64,000 bases of DNA from positions 1 to 64,000 of the forward strand of contig JAJPHT010000039.1 in assembly GCA_021325135.1 (NCBI GenBank), given 5' to 3'. The translations under genes and the position numbers were made by a program. Origin of the DNA: Pseudomonadota bacterium. GTDB lineage: Archaea > Thermoplasmatota > SW-10-69-26 > JACQPN01 > JAJPHT01. Positions 44,491 through 54,254 of the stretch are shown here, piece by piece; the stretch's first letter is position 1; every line of letters starts with the position of its first letter. A model generated the notes under the pieces. That model saw nothing but the letters and a program-made list of their open reading frames with translations. It did not search any database and was not told where the DNA came from.

Positions 44491-45444
44491 GGCCATCTGC
44501 GCCCAGAGGCGGTTCTCGGCCTCGTCGAAGACGACGCTCTGCGGGCCGTGGGCGACGTCCTTCTCCACCTCGTAGCCGTAGTAGGCGGGGAGGCAGTGGA
44601 GGAAGATGCCGTCGTTGGTCTTCGCCATGTGCTCGGCGGTGACGGTGTAGCCCGCGAAGTCCTTGACGCGCTGCTCCTTCTCGTCCTCGTCGCCCATGCT
44701 GATCCAGGTGTCGGTGGCGACGACGTCCTGGCCTTCGAACGCGCCATCGAACCCGTCGTGCCGCACCGCGACGCTGCCGCCGGTGGCGCGGGCGATGGCC
44801 TCGGCCTCCTTGACGACGGCGCCATCGGGGGCATAGCCTGCGGGCGTGACGACGGTGACGTGCATGCCCGCCATCGCCATGCCCACGAGATAGCTGTGGC
44901 ACATGTTGTTGCCGTCGCCCACGTAGAGGAAGCGGAGGCCCGCGAGGGTCCCCTTGTGCTCCAGGATGGTGAGGAGGTCCGCCGCGACCTGGCAGGGGTG
45001 CTCCAGGTCGTCCAGGGCGTTGACCACCGGGCTCGTGGCGTGCTGCGCGAGGGCCTTCACGTCCTCGTTGCGGAACGCGCGGTAGACCAGCACGTCGGCG
45101 TAGCGCGAGAGCACGAGGGCGGTGTCCTCGATGCTCTCGCCGCGGCCCATCTGGATGTCGCGCGTGGAGAGGAAGGTCGCGGTCATGCCCAGCTTGGCGA
45201 GGCCCACCTCGAAGCTGACGCGCGTGCGCGTGCTGGCCTTCTCGAAGATGAGGACCGCGGACTTGGCGGAGAGGTAGGGCGTCGGGTGGCCCGACTTGTT
45301 GAGCCGCTTGAGGGCGCGCGCGGCGTCCAGCACGTCCTCCAGGTCCGCGCCGAAGTCGGCCATGCGGAGGAGGTCGCGGCCCGCCGGCGCGGTTGCCGTG
45401 GCGGGGGAGTCGGTGGGCGTGGACGCGACGCCGGTCTTGCTCAC
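44428..45444 (-). CDS. argF: Ornithine carbamoyltransferase
   Basis: FEKASTRTRVSFE, HPCQ, GDGNN, WISMG, HCLP, EAENR. Confidence 0.96.
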   Translation of the reverse strand: MSKTGVASTPTDSPATATAPAGRDLLRMADFGADLEDVLDAARALKRLNKSGHPTPYLSAKSAVLIFEKASTRTRVSFEVGLAKLGMTATFLSTRDIQMGRGESIEDTALVLSRYADVLVYRAFRNEDVKALAQHATSPVVNALDDLEHPCQVAADLLTILEHKGTLAGLRFLYVGDGNNMCHSYLVGMAMAGMHVTVVTPAGYAPDGAVVKEAEAIARATGGSVAVRHDGFDGAFEGQDVVATDTWISMGDEDEKEQRVKDFAGYTVTAEHMAKTNDGIFLHCLPAYYGYEVEKDVAHGPQSVVFDEAENRLWAQMAILVWLLAPWRIPQLAVQGRE

Positions 45445-45604
45445 GGGTCCGGAGGGGGTGGACAGGAAGAAGAAGCGAACGACCAGGACGAGCCGAAAGC
45501 CGACACGCGCGTCCCGTTCTGGACATCCCCGGTTGGCCAACGGGGCTGCGGCAAGGGTTAAGTGGCCAACCCCGGGCTTCCCGCATCCCGCCGGAGAGCA
45601 GAGC

Positions 45605-47269
45605 ATGAGCCGCGCCCCGTCCTTCGTCCTCCTTGGAGCCCTTCTTGCCGCCGGCGTCCTCGCCAGCGGGTGCGTCACCTCGCCCGGGCAGGGCCCCACC
45701 ACGGCGTCGGCCCCCGACGCGCTGGACACGTCGTGGGCCGCCAAGGCGCTGGTCAACGACACGCCCGCGCCCGGCGTCAAGCACGACCACCGCAACTGGT
45801 CGCAGCACGTCGGCCTCTCCACGCCCAACTTCGTCGAGCTGGCGCACGACTCGCTGGGCGTCAAGTACTACGACAACGCCTCGGCGGGCGAGTACTTCTG
45901 CGGCGGCACGGGCACGACCAAGGACGGCCACAAGCTCGCCGTCATCAGCTCCTACGACACGGACGTCGCGTTCGTGCTCGTGGACGTGACCGACCCTCTC
46001 CACCCCGTCCACCTGGGCGACTACCTCCTGGGCGCGCCCACGCCCACCGGCCAGGACGTCGGCCCCACCACCTACGACGTGGACATCACGCCCGACGGCG
46101 CGCACGTCGTCATCGCGGCGGACTTGCCCCTGGGCCAGAACCACGCGCCCACCGGCGACGCGGTCGCGCTCCCCGGCATCGCCAGCGCGGCGCTGGCGCC
46201 CCACGTGACGATCCAGCCCCGGTTCCGCGACGCCTGCACGGGCGAGGTCCGCGCGGAGGGCCCCGAGCAGAGCCTCCCCATGTGGCCCGGCACCGTGCTC
46301 GTCTCCCTGGCGGACCCGAAGAACCCGGCCTTCGAGGACTTCGTCCCCGCGCCGGTCATCGGCCCGCACAGCGTGAGCACGGCGTCCATCGACAACGTGA
46401 CCTACGTCGCGGCCTCCACGACGAACCTCGTGCACCAGGGCAGCTACTTCCAGTTCTTCCAGATCGAGGAGCTTCCCACGGGCGGCAAGCTCGTGCCCGT
46501 CTCCATGGTGGACGCGGGCCAGTACGGCAACCCCGTCGTGGGCACGTTCAACGGCCACGTCGACGCCGAGATCGCCGTGCACCCCGTGACGAAGAAGCCC
46601 GTCGTCTACCTCTCCGACTGGGACGGCGGCCTCGTCGTCTTGGACTTCTCCAACCCCGCGGCCCCCCTGGAGCTTGGCGCGTGGCACGACGCGGGCGCCG
46701 ACGGCGGCGCGCTCCACAGCACGCGCAGCATCGAGGGCGTCTACAACGGGCACCACTACCTGCTCGCGGGCCAGGAGTTCACGAGCCACCCCTCCAACCG
46801 CCCCAGCGGGTGGATCTACATCCTCGACGACACCGACCCCGCCAACGTCAAGGAGGTCGGCCGCTGGACGCTGCCCGCCGAGACGCAGGACAACTGGGCG
46901 CGCTCCAACAACGGCGGAGGGGTCGAGCTGTTCAGCACACACTACTTCCGCGTCATCAACGACACGGCCTTCGTCGCCATGTACCACGCGGGCGTCTGGG
47001 CGTTCAAGCTGAACTTCACCAACCCCGAGATGATGAAGGAGCCGCCCAGCGTCGGCGTGTTCGTCCCCGACAAGCCCGCGGACAAGGGCCGCGTCCCCAA
47101 GTCGGGCTACGACTTCGCGCCCTTCGTGCTGGACGTGCTGCCCACCGGCGGCAACTACCTCACGGTGTTCGACGGCCTCACGGGCGTCTACTCGCTCCAG
47201 TACGATCCCGACCATCCGATGCCCTCGCCCACGCCCTGGCCCGCCAGCGGCAAGACGGGCGCGGGCTGA
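45605..47269 (+). CDS. Lipoprotein with LVIVD-type beta-propeller repeats (paralog 1)
   Basis: LASGC lipobox; FVLVDVTDP, LVVLDFSNP, IYILDDTDP repeats. Confidence 0.82.
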   Translation: MSRAPSFVLLGALLAAGVLASGCVTSPGQGPTTASAPDALDTSWAAKALVNDTPAPGVKHDHRNWSQHVGLSTPNFVELAHDSLGVKYYDNASAGEYFCGGTGTTKDGHKLAVISSYDTDVAFVLVDVTDPLHPVHLGDYLLGAPTPTGQDVGPTTYDVDITPDGAHVVIAADLPLGQNHAPTGDAVALPGIASAALAPHVTIQPRFRDACTGEVRAEGPEQSLPMWPGTVLVSLADPKNPAFEDFVPAPVIGPHSVSTASIDNVTYVAASTTNLVHQGSYFQFFQIEELPTGGKLVPVSMVDAGQYGNPVVGTFNGHVDAEIAVHPVTKKPVVYLSDWDGGLVVLDFSNPAAPLELGAWHDAGADGGALHSTRSIEGVYNGHHYLLAGQEFTSHPSNRPSGWIYILDDTDPANVKEVGRWTLPAETQDNWARSNNGGGVELFSTHYFRVINDTAFVAMYHAGVWAFKLNFTNPEMMKEPPSVGVFVPDKPADKGRVPKSGYDFAPFVLDVLPTGGNYLTVFDGLTGVYSLQYDPDHPMPSPTPWPASGKTGAG

Positions 47270-47311
47270 GGGCGTGCACGGGTTCAAATCCTCTGGCGCT
47301 GTTAGCCCCGC

Positions 47312-48178
47312 GTGGCGCGCATCCTCGTGGGCGAGGTCGTCGGCTCGACCTTCCGGACCGTCTTCCAGAACCTCGGCCTCTTCCTGCGCGCCGTGGGCGT
47401 CTTCTCGGTCGCCTCCGCCCTCATTGGCCTCCTCGTGGCCCTGAGGACCCAATCCACCTTGACGGACGTCATCGCCCAGGTGCGCCAGGGCGCGAAGCCG
47501 TTCCAGGCCATGCTCCCCTCCCTCGCGGGGGCGGTCGCCGTCGGCGTCGTCTGCTTCCTGGTGGGCATCGCGTCCTTCCTCGTCGCCAGCGTCGTCGCGG
47601 CGCGCTTGGAGGAGGGCCGCAGGCTTTCGCTGCGCGAGGCGTGGGCCGAGGCGGGATCGCGCTATGGCAACCTCGCCATCACGGGCCTCCTGGTCTTCCT
47701 CCTCCTCGCCGCGATCCTCCTCCTGGGCGCGCTCCTGTCCATCCTCATCCTGCCCTTCTTCCTCGCGCTGGGCCTCATCGTCGCCCTCGGCCTGCGCTGG
47801 TCCATCGCGGGCGCCGTGGGCGTCTTCGAGCGCCGCAGCCCGGGCGGCAACCTGACCCGCAGCCGCGACCTCACCAAGGGCTCCCGCGGCGCCATCCTGG
47901 GCGCGCTCATCCTCGTCTGCCTCGTCTTCGTCGTCCCCGAGATGGCCGTCGGCATCCCGTTCGACATCGTGAGCCGCGCGCAGGCCCGGCAGGGGCTCCC
48001 CCCGCCCATGGGCCTCACGCTGGCCAACTGGGCCGTGACCGCGGTCGCCGGCTTCTTCGGCACTTGCCTCTGGGCCGCGTTCAACGCCGTCGTCTACCGC
48101 CGCCTCGCGGCCTCGGAGCCTTCGGCCGAAGCGCCGCCCGCGCCCGAGCCCACCCTGGGCCCCATCGGCGGGCCCTAG
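47312..48178 (+). CDS. Multi-TM membrane protein (GDPD membrane-domain-like)
   Basis: About 6 TM segments, LTRSRDLTKGSRG motif. Confidence 0.7.
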   Translation: MARILVGEVVGSTFRTVFQNLGLFLRAVGVFSVASALIGLLVALRTQSTLTDVIAQVRQGAKPFQAMLPSLAGAVAVGVVCFLVGIASFLVASVVAARLEEGRRLSLREAWAEAGSRYGNLAITGLLVFLLLAAILLLGALLSILILPFFLALGLIVALGLRWSIAGAVGVFERRSPGGNLTRSRDLTKGSRGAILGALILVCLVFVVPEMAVGIPFDIVSRAQARQGLPPPMGLTLANWAVTAVAGFFGTCLWAAFNAVVYRRLAASEPSAEAPPAPEPTLGPIGGP

Positions 48179-49602
48179 CCGCGCAGCAGCGCCTCTTCGG
48201 CCGCGTCGATGCGCCCGCGCGCCGCGCGCTCCGCCTGGCGCAGCGCCACGGTGCGCGCCTGCGCCGTGGCGATGGCCTCGCGCACGCGCGCGGGCGCCGT
48301 GCCGCCGGGGCTCGTCTTGCGCGCGGCCGCGTCGCGCGGGCCGAAGCCCGCGAGGTCCGCGCCCGCGAAGGCGGGGTGCGCCGCGGCGAGCGCGCCCAGG
48401 CCCTTGCCCGTGCGCTCGGCCTCCTTCACCAGCGAGCCCACGACGTGGTGCGCCTCGCGGAAGGGCGTGCCCCGCTGCGCGAGGAGGTCCGCAAGCTCGG
48501 TGGCCTCCAGGAAGCCCAGCGCGAGCGCATCCTGCATGCGCGCGGGCACGGGCTCCAGGCCGGCCACCAGCGCGCGCGCCATGCGCAGGCTCTCCAGCGC
48601 GTGGAGCGCGGAGCGCATCGCGGGCGCCTTCGCCTCCTGGAGGTCGCGGTTGTACGCCAGCGGCAGGCCCTTCAGGATCGATAGCACGGCCTGGAGCGCG
48701 CCGATCTCGCGCCCCGCGCGGGCGCGCAGCAGCTCCGCGCTGTCGGCGTTGCGCTTCTGCGGCATGATGCTGCTCCCCGACGTGTAGGCCTCCGGCAGGC
48801 GCAGGAAGCCGAAGGCGGGGCTCGTGAAGAGGACGAGCTCCTCGCCCAGCCCCGAGAGGTGGACCGCGGCGAGCGCGCCCACGAACGTCGCCTCCGCCGC
48901 GAAGTCGCGGTCGCTCACGGCGTCCAGGCTGTTGGCGAACGCCCGCTCGAACGCGAGGCGCTCCGCGGTGCGGCGAGGGTCGATGGGGAAGGAGGTGCCC
49001 GCCAGCGCCGCGGCGCCCAGGGGGCTCGCGTTGCAGCGGCGAAAGGCGTCCATCGCGCGCTCCGCGTCGCGCATCGCGCGCTCGGCGTGCGCGTGCAGCG
49101 CGTGGCCCAGCGTGACGGGCTGCGCGGGCTGGACGTGCGTGTAGCCCGGCATCGCCGCGTCCGCGGTGGCCGCCGCCTTCGCGAGGAGCGCGTCTGCGAG
49201 GTCCAGCGACGCGGCCGCCAGGTCCAACAGCACGCGCCGCGTCCAGAGGCGCAGGTCCAGCGCGACCTGGTCGTTGCGGGAGCGCGCCGTGTGGAGCTTC
49301 CCGGCCAGCGGCCCCACGAGCTTGGCGAGGTGCGTCTCCACGTTCATGTGGACGTCCTCCAATTCCTCGCGAAGCTCGACGCGCCCCTCGCGCAGGTCCG
49401 CGTAGGCCTGGCGCAGGCCCCGCGCGATGGCGTCGTGCTCCGCCGCCGTCAGCACGCCCGCGTCGCGCAGCGTGGCGACGTGCGCGAGGCTGCCCACCAC
49501 GTCCTCGCGCACGAGGAGCGCGTCCTCCGCGAGGCTGCTGCTGAAGGCCAGGAACGCCTTGTCGGGCGCCTCGTCGAAGCGGCCGGACCAGGGGTTGCTC
49601 AT
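48175..49602 (-). CDS. argH: Argininosuccinate lyase
   Basis: WSGRF, EDVHMNVE, HTARSRNDQV, GYTHVQPAQP, GSSIMPQKRN, LAYNRDLQE. Confidence 0.97.
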   Translation of the reverse strand: MSNPWSGRFDEAPDKAFLAFSSSLAEDALLVREDVVGSLAHVATLRDAGVLTAAEHDAIARGLRQAYADLREGRVELREELEDVHMNVETHLAKLVGPLAGKLHTARSRNDQVALDLRLWTRRVLLDLAAASLDLADALLAKAAATADAAMPGYTHVQPAQPVTLGHALHAHAERAMRDAERAMDAFRRCNASPLGAAALAGTSFPIDPRRTAERLAFERAFANSLDAVSDRDFAAEATFVGALAAVHLSGLGEELVLFTSPAFGFLRLPEAYTSGSSIMPQKRNADSAELLRARAGREIGALQAVLSILKGLPLAYNRDLQEAKAPAMRSALHALESLRMARALVAGLEPVPARMQDALALGFLEATELADLLAQRGTPFREAHHVVGSLVKEAERTGKGLGALAAAHPAFAGADLAGFGPRDAAARKTSPGGTAPARVREAIATAQARTVALRQAERAARGRIDAAEEALLRG

Positions 49603-49654
49603 GCGCGGGCCATCCTGGCCTCCGCACTTGAGGCTATTCCCGTTCGCAAGGTTG

Positions 49655-49870
49655 ATGGCGGCGCCGGGGGAGTCCCCGCCGATGGGCGACGCCGCGCGGC
49701 GGGCGTATCATGCGAGGACCACGCCAGCCCAGCGCTTCGACGAAGGCCTCCGCCTCGCTGACGCGGCGATGCGCGCCGCCCTCCGGGAGGAGGGGTTTCC
49801 CGAGACGTTCGTCAGCGAGGAGCAGGCGCGAGCCGCATTCCGCGCCCTCCTCCGCAGGAGCCGCCGATGA
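49655..49870 (+). CDS. Small partner protein of the nucleotidyltransferase
   Basis: 71 aa (TPAQRFDEGLRL), ATGA overlap with the next gene. Confidence 0.6.
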   Translation: MAAPGESPPMGDAARRAYHARTTPAQRFDEGLRLADAAMRAALREEGFPETFVSEEQARAAFRALLRRSRR

Positions 49871-50415
49871 GCGTTCCGCAGGACCTGGCGTTCCTCCTCT
49901 CGCGCCTTGATGGCGAAGGGCTCGCCGCGATGGTCGTCGGGGGCCTCGCCCTGGACGCCCTCGGGGTCCCGCGCTCGACCCTGGACGTCGATCTGCAGGT
50001 CGCCGCGCCCCAGGGGCTTCACCGGGACGCCTCCGTGCTCTACGGATGCATCGTCGAGGAGTGGACGCGCGACCCGGTTTTCGGCCAGGACGTCGTCATC
50101 CTTCAAGCCCCGACGGGCGCCACGCCCTTCGAGCTCTTCTTCGCGACCCATTGGCTGCCCCGCCAAGCGCTGGCCAGGCGGGTCGAGATGGACAGCCCTC
50201 TCCTGGAGCGTCGCGTCTGGGTCCCCACTCCCGAGGACTTCGTCCTCCTGAAGTCGGCCTACATGGCCTCGCCCGCGCGCTCCCGCGCCAAGGCCGCGCA
50301 GGACGGGGTCGACGTGGAGGGCGTGGCGCGGCTGCACGACCTTGACCGGTCCTACGTCGAGGAGAACGCGCGGCGCCTCGGCATGTGGGAGCGCCTCGCG
50401 CCCCTGCTTTCCTGA
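49867..50415 (+). CDS. Pol-beta superfamily nucleotidyltransferase (DUF6036/AbiEii-like)
   Basis: VVGGLAL...PRSTLDVDL, TPEDFVLLK, QDGVDV. Confidence 0.8.
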   Translation: MSVPQDLAFLLSRLDGEGLAAMVVGGLALDALGVPRSTLDVDLQVAAPQGLHRDASVLYGCIVEEWTRDPVFGQDVVILQAPTGATPFELFFATHWLPRQALARRVEMDSPLLERRVWVPTPEDFVLLKSAYMASPARSRAKAAQDGVDVEGVARLHDLDRSYVEENARRLGMWERLAPLLS

Positions 50416-50483
50416 GCGCATTGCGCAACCCCGCCGCCACAACGGTCAAATGGGCACACCGGCAGGTCGGGCCGAGCCCAGCC

Positions 50484-52067
50484 ATGCCCAGGCCCTTCCT
50501 CGTCACGGTCCTCCTCGCGCTCGCCGCCGCGCCCGTCCTCGCGGGGTGCCTGACCTCCAACGGACCCAGCGCCACCACGGCGTCCACCGCCGCGGCGCCC
50601 GCCATGAACGAGACGTGGTACGCGAAGGCGCTGGCCCACGAGAAGGACCACGACCACAAGGACGTCTTCCAGCACATGAACGCCAGCACGCCCAACTTCC
50701 AGCTGCTGGGCCACGACTTCCTGCTCACGGAGGCGTACAAGGGCGCGCCCGCGTTCGGTTACGGGTGCGGCGGCACGGCGACGCGCGCGGACGGGCACCG
50801 CTACGTCGTCGTCAACGGCTTCCAGAACGACCTGACCTTCGTGCTCGTGGACGTGACCAACGCCACCGAGCCCAAGAAGGTGGGCGAGTTCTACGCCCAG
50901 GGGCTCGGCTCCTACGACGCGGACATCACGCCCGACGGCAAGTACGTCGTGCTGGCGTTCGACGGCATCCTGCGCCAGCCCGGCGGATCGGGCATCATCG
51001 CCCAACCCGCGCTCGGCTTCCGCAGCGCGTGCGTCGACGAGCGCTTCGCGCTGCCCGACCTCGCGTTCACCAACGGCATCGTGCTCGTGGACATCAGCAA
51101 CCCCGAGAAGCCCGCCTACTCGGACTGGGACCCCTCGCCCGGCTTCAACCTGCACAGCGTGAGCACCGCCAGCGTCGACAACGTGACGTGGGTCACCGGC
51201 AGCGAGCTTGGCTTCACGCACGACACGTCGTACTGGGTCTTCGACCAGATCGTGGACACGCCCCTGGGCCCCAAGCTCGCGCGCATGTCCACCTTCACGA
51301 TGCCGCCCGTGACCATGGGCGACGGCGTCGCGATCCCGCTCACCAACGGCCACACCGACGTGTTCATCGCCAAGCACCCCCTGGACAAGAAGACCTACGC
51401 CTACCTCGCGGCGTGGGAGGGCGGCGTCATCACGCTGGACATGAGCGTCGCCCAGGCCCCCGTCATGGTGGGCATGTGGACGCCGCCCGCCGCGAGCCCC
51501 ACCGCGGACCTGCCCACGGGCGGCGGCTTCCTGGACTCGGGCCCGTGCTATCACAACGCCGTCCACGAGGTGCTGGCCGCGCCGGAGGCGTGGGACGGGC
51601 ACCACTACATCTTCGCGGGCCAGGAGTGCCCCATGAAGACCGACACCAAGACACCCGGCGGGCAGGTGTTCGTCATCGACAACACGGACCCCTCGAAGCC
51701 CAAGACCGTCGGCGAGTGGCACCTCCCCGAGGACACCGGCGTCTGGACCGTCGAATACCAGGCCAGCCCCCACTACCTGGCCCTTTCCAACCGCACCCTC
51801 TTCGTGAGCGACTACCACGCGGGCGTCTGGGCCGCGGACGTGAGCAACGCCACGCTCCTGAAGTCCCCGCCCAGCATCGGCGTGTACCTCCCGGCCATGG
51901 TCCCGCAGGTCCCGCCCAAGAAGAACGACACGCTGCCCTTCGACGAGCAGGTGGACGTCTTCCCCGACGGGACCCTCGTCATCAACGAGGACACCACCGG
52001 GCTCTACGTGGTGCGCTTCGACGCGACGAACCCCGCTCCTGCTGCGCCGCCGTTCAAGTACAGTTGA
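50484..52067 (+). CDS. Lipoprotein with LVIVD-type beta-propeller repeats (paralog 2)
   Basis: LAGC lipobox; collinear similarity to 45605..47269 (STPNF, HSVSTAS, NGH, YHAGVWA, PPSIGV). Confidence 0.82.
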   Translation: MPRPFLVTVLLALAAAPVLAGCLTSNGPSATTASTAAAPAMNETWYAKALAHEKDHDHKDVFQHMNASTPNFQLLGHDFLLTEAYKGAPAFGYGCGGTATRADGHRYVVVNGFQNDLTFVLVDVTNATEPKKVGEFYAQGLGSYDADITPDGKYVVLAFDGILRQPGGSGIIAQPALGFRSACVDERFALPDLAFTNGIVLVDISNPEKPAYSDWDPSPGFNLHSVSTASVDNVTWVTGSELGFTHDTSYWVFDQIVDTPLGPKLARMSTFTMPPVTMGDGVAIPLTNGHTDVFIAKHPLDKKTYAYLAAWEGGVITLDMSVAQAPVMVGMWTPPAASPTADLPTGGGFLDSGPCYHNAVHEVLAAPEAWDGHHYIFAGQECPMKTDTKTPGGQVFVIDNTDPSKPKTVGEWHLPEDTGVWTVEYQASPHYLALSNRTLFVSDYHAGVWAADVSNATLLKSPPSIGVYLPAMVPQVPPKKNDTLPFDEQVDVFPDGTLVINEDTTGLYVVRFDATNPAPAAPPFKYS

Positions 52068-52146
52068 GCCGGGCCGGGCTTCTGCTTGGGGCTCAGGCCC
52101 CCAATCTCCCTGCTTCACGACGGGAGGGGCTCGCGTTTTTCCCCGT

Positions 52147-52198
52147 CCGTCGCGTCGTGGCGTCGTCGCGTCACGGGGGGAAAGGGGGTGAAGCCCCC
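52147..52198. repeat. 8-mer array plus REP-like hairpin
   Basis: CGTCGCGTCGTGGCGTCGTCGCGTCACG followed by GGGGGAAAGGGGGTGAAGCCCCC. Confidence 0.5.
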
Positions 52199-52338
52199 AG
52201 CGGAGAAACGCGACCCTCTGCTATCACCGCTCCATCGATGGCGCCGCAAGGACGCAGCCACCCGGCCAGCGCGACCGACGAGGCGGCGAGAAGCGTCTTA
52301 GCGGGCGTCCTTTCGAGGGTCAGCTCGGTGAACCAGAG

Positions 52339-52536
52339 ATGCTGACTGCACTCGCCGCGACGTTCGGCATGCCCGGGGGCCTGTTGGGGCTCATCGTGCT
52401 CTTCCTCGTGCTCGCGCTGATCGCCTACGTGCTCGGAGCCCGGGGGGTGGCCGGCTTCTCCATGGAGCTGGCGCGCATCCTCATCGTGGTCTTCGTGATC
52501 CTCGCCGTCCTGGCGCTGATCGTAGGCGTCATCTAG
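52339..52536 (+). CDS. DUF1328 (UPF0391) small membrane protein
   Basis: FLVLALIAYVLGARGVAGFSMELARIL. Confidence 0.85.
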   Translation: MLTALAATFGMPGGLLGLIVLFLVLALIAYVLGARGVAGFSMELARILIVVFVILAVLALIVGVI

Positions 52537-54110
52537 CGCCGGCGCAGCAGAAGCGCAGCGCCCGCGACGCCCAGCGCCACCAGCGCGAGGGCGGGCTCGG
52601 GCGCGCGCTTCTCGCCCGCGGAGCCACCGATGGCCGCCGCGGAGACGACCTGCCCGGGCGCCACCTTGGCGTGGAACACGATGGGCTGCCCGGGGCCGTC
52701 GGGGCCCTGGAAGACCACGGGCTCGGCGTCGGTGGGCGCCGCGTCGACCTGCACCGTGTAGTCGCCCGCGTCGGGGAGGAGCACCGTGGCGTGCGTGAGG
52801 CCCGACTCGTGGGTGTGCAGCTTGAAGTTGTAGAGGGCGGGCTGGCCCTTGGCGCCGATGGTCACGTCGACCTCGCTGTGCTCGATGGCGCCGCCGGGGC
52901 CCATGACGCTGAAGGTGAGGTTGGCGGGCTGGCCCGCGACGATCTTGTCAAGGCCTTGGACGCTCACGGTGCCTTGCGCAGTGCCGGCGCCCGGGCTGCC
53001 CGTGAGGGAGAGGGGCGTCACCGGAGGAAGCACCTGGACGTGGAAGGGCACGGTGACGTGCGCCGATCCGTCGTTGGCGGTGAGCGTGCCGTCGTAGGCG
53101 CCCGGCGCGCTGGGGACGTAGAGGTACTCGAAGTGGCCGTCGTACTCGTGGAGCGACTTGCTCTGGAACACGGTGCCGCGGGGGCCGTGCAGCTCGAAGG
53201 CGAAGTCCACGTGGGGCATGGGCATGCTGTCGTTGCCCTCCACGAGGCCCGAGAGGCGGATGGGGTCGCCCATGCCCACCTGGTTCTGCGGGTCGTACAT
53301 GCCGTGGAGCGTGAGGCCGCCGGAGGACGCGGTCGCGCCCGCGGGGCTCATCACGTCGTCCTGCGACTGGGGCAGGCCCATGGGGTCGGGCGCGGCGGGG
53401 AGGGCAAGGGGGCCGGCGGTGAAGGAGGCGTCCGCGACGACGGCGCGCACGTCCGTGCTCTTGCCGGTGCCGAACGCCTTGTAGGCCGTGACGTGGAGCG
53501 CGTAGTCGCCCGGCGCGTCGAAGGCCTGCGTGAGCTTGATGGGCTCCTCGTGGATGTGCGCGTGCAGGCGCGAGACGAGCGCGCCCGTCGCCTTGCTGCG
53601 CCACTCCAGGAGCGCGTCCGTGTGGGGGATCGTCTTGCCGTCGGGGCCCACGATGTCCAGGACGACGTCGGCAGAGTTGCCGTTGTCCATGGTGGGCGCG
53701 GCCTTGACGACGGCCTTGGCGACGGTTTCATTCGCGGCCTGCACGGCGTCGCCCTCGAAGAGGCCCATGCCCATCTTGCCGCTCATGGCCATGACCTTGT
53801 AGTGGCCGGGGAAGGGGAACACGAGGTCGAGGCTGAAGAGGCCGTCGTACTCGTGCGTGTCGTTGGTGTGGAACACGGTCTCGTTGTCCAGCGTGACGAG
53901 GAACTCGGCGTTCTGGTGGACGACGGGCATGCCCTTGGCGTCCAGCAGCGCGAAGCCCAGGTGGGTCACGGCACCCACCACGGCGCGGCCGTTGTCGGGG
54001 CCGTCGTGGAGGACCATCGCCATGCCTTCGCCGCCCATCATGCCTTCGTGCTGGGCCGACGCAAGCGGGACGAGGGCGAGGACGGCCGCGAGGGCAAGCT
54101 GGAACCGCAT
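52533..54110 (-). CDS. Secreted, C-terminally anchored His/Met-rich multi-Ig-domain putative metal-binding protein
   Basis: Signal peptide, QHEGMMGGEGMAM, HEYDG twice, HIHE/HTHE, C-terminal APEPALALVALGVAGAALLLRRR. Confidence 0.8.
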   Translation of the reverse strand: MRFQLALAAVLALVPLASAQHEGMMGGEGMAMVLHDGPDNGRAVVGAVTHLGFALLDAKGMPVVHQNAEFLVTLDNETVFHTNDTHEYDGLFSLDLVFPFPGHYKVMAMSGKMGMGLFEGDAVQAANETVAKAVVKAAPTMDNGNSADVVLDIVGPDGKTIPHTDALLEWRSKATGALVSRLHAHIHEEPIKLTQAFDAPGDYALHVTAYKAFGTGKSTDVRAVVADASFTAGPLALPAAPDPMGLPQSQDDVMSPAGATASSGGLTLHGMYDPQNQVGMGDPIRLSGLVEGNDSMPMPHVDFAFELHGPRGTVFQSKSLHEYDGHFEYLYVPSAPGAYDGTLTANDGSAHVTVPFHVQVLPPVTPLSLTGSPGAGTAQGTVSVQGLDKIVAGQPANLTFSVMGPGGAIEHSEVDVTIGAKGQPALYNFKLHTHESGLTHATVLLPDAGDYTVQVDAAPTDAEPVVFQGPDGPGQPIVFHAKVAPGQVVSAAAIGGSAGEKRAPEPALALVALGVAGAALLLRRR

Positions 54111-54254
54111 GGCGTTCGGTTTCCACCACCTGGGGCGGCTTGAAGAACGTTGTGGCACGCCCCGCACCGATCATGCCAGGGGATTCGGGCATCGTGTGCC
54201 CACATGTGGGGAACGAGTCCAGAGCGGGGGAGCGAACCCCCGCGTCCGGCGGTC

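Noticed and set aside
47278-47300. GGGTTCAAATCC resembling a tRNA T-loop (also at about 41357-41369 and 11647-11660 on the minus strand)
   Set aside because: No cloverleaf can be formed; two of the three lie about 27-28 nt before a start codon and are better read as TATA-box variants.
43973-49627. 1884-aa minus-strand ORF
   Set aside because: Composite of shadow frames; only the final 85 aa (DUF4242-like) look real.
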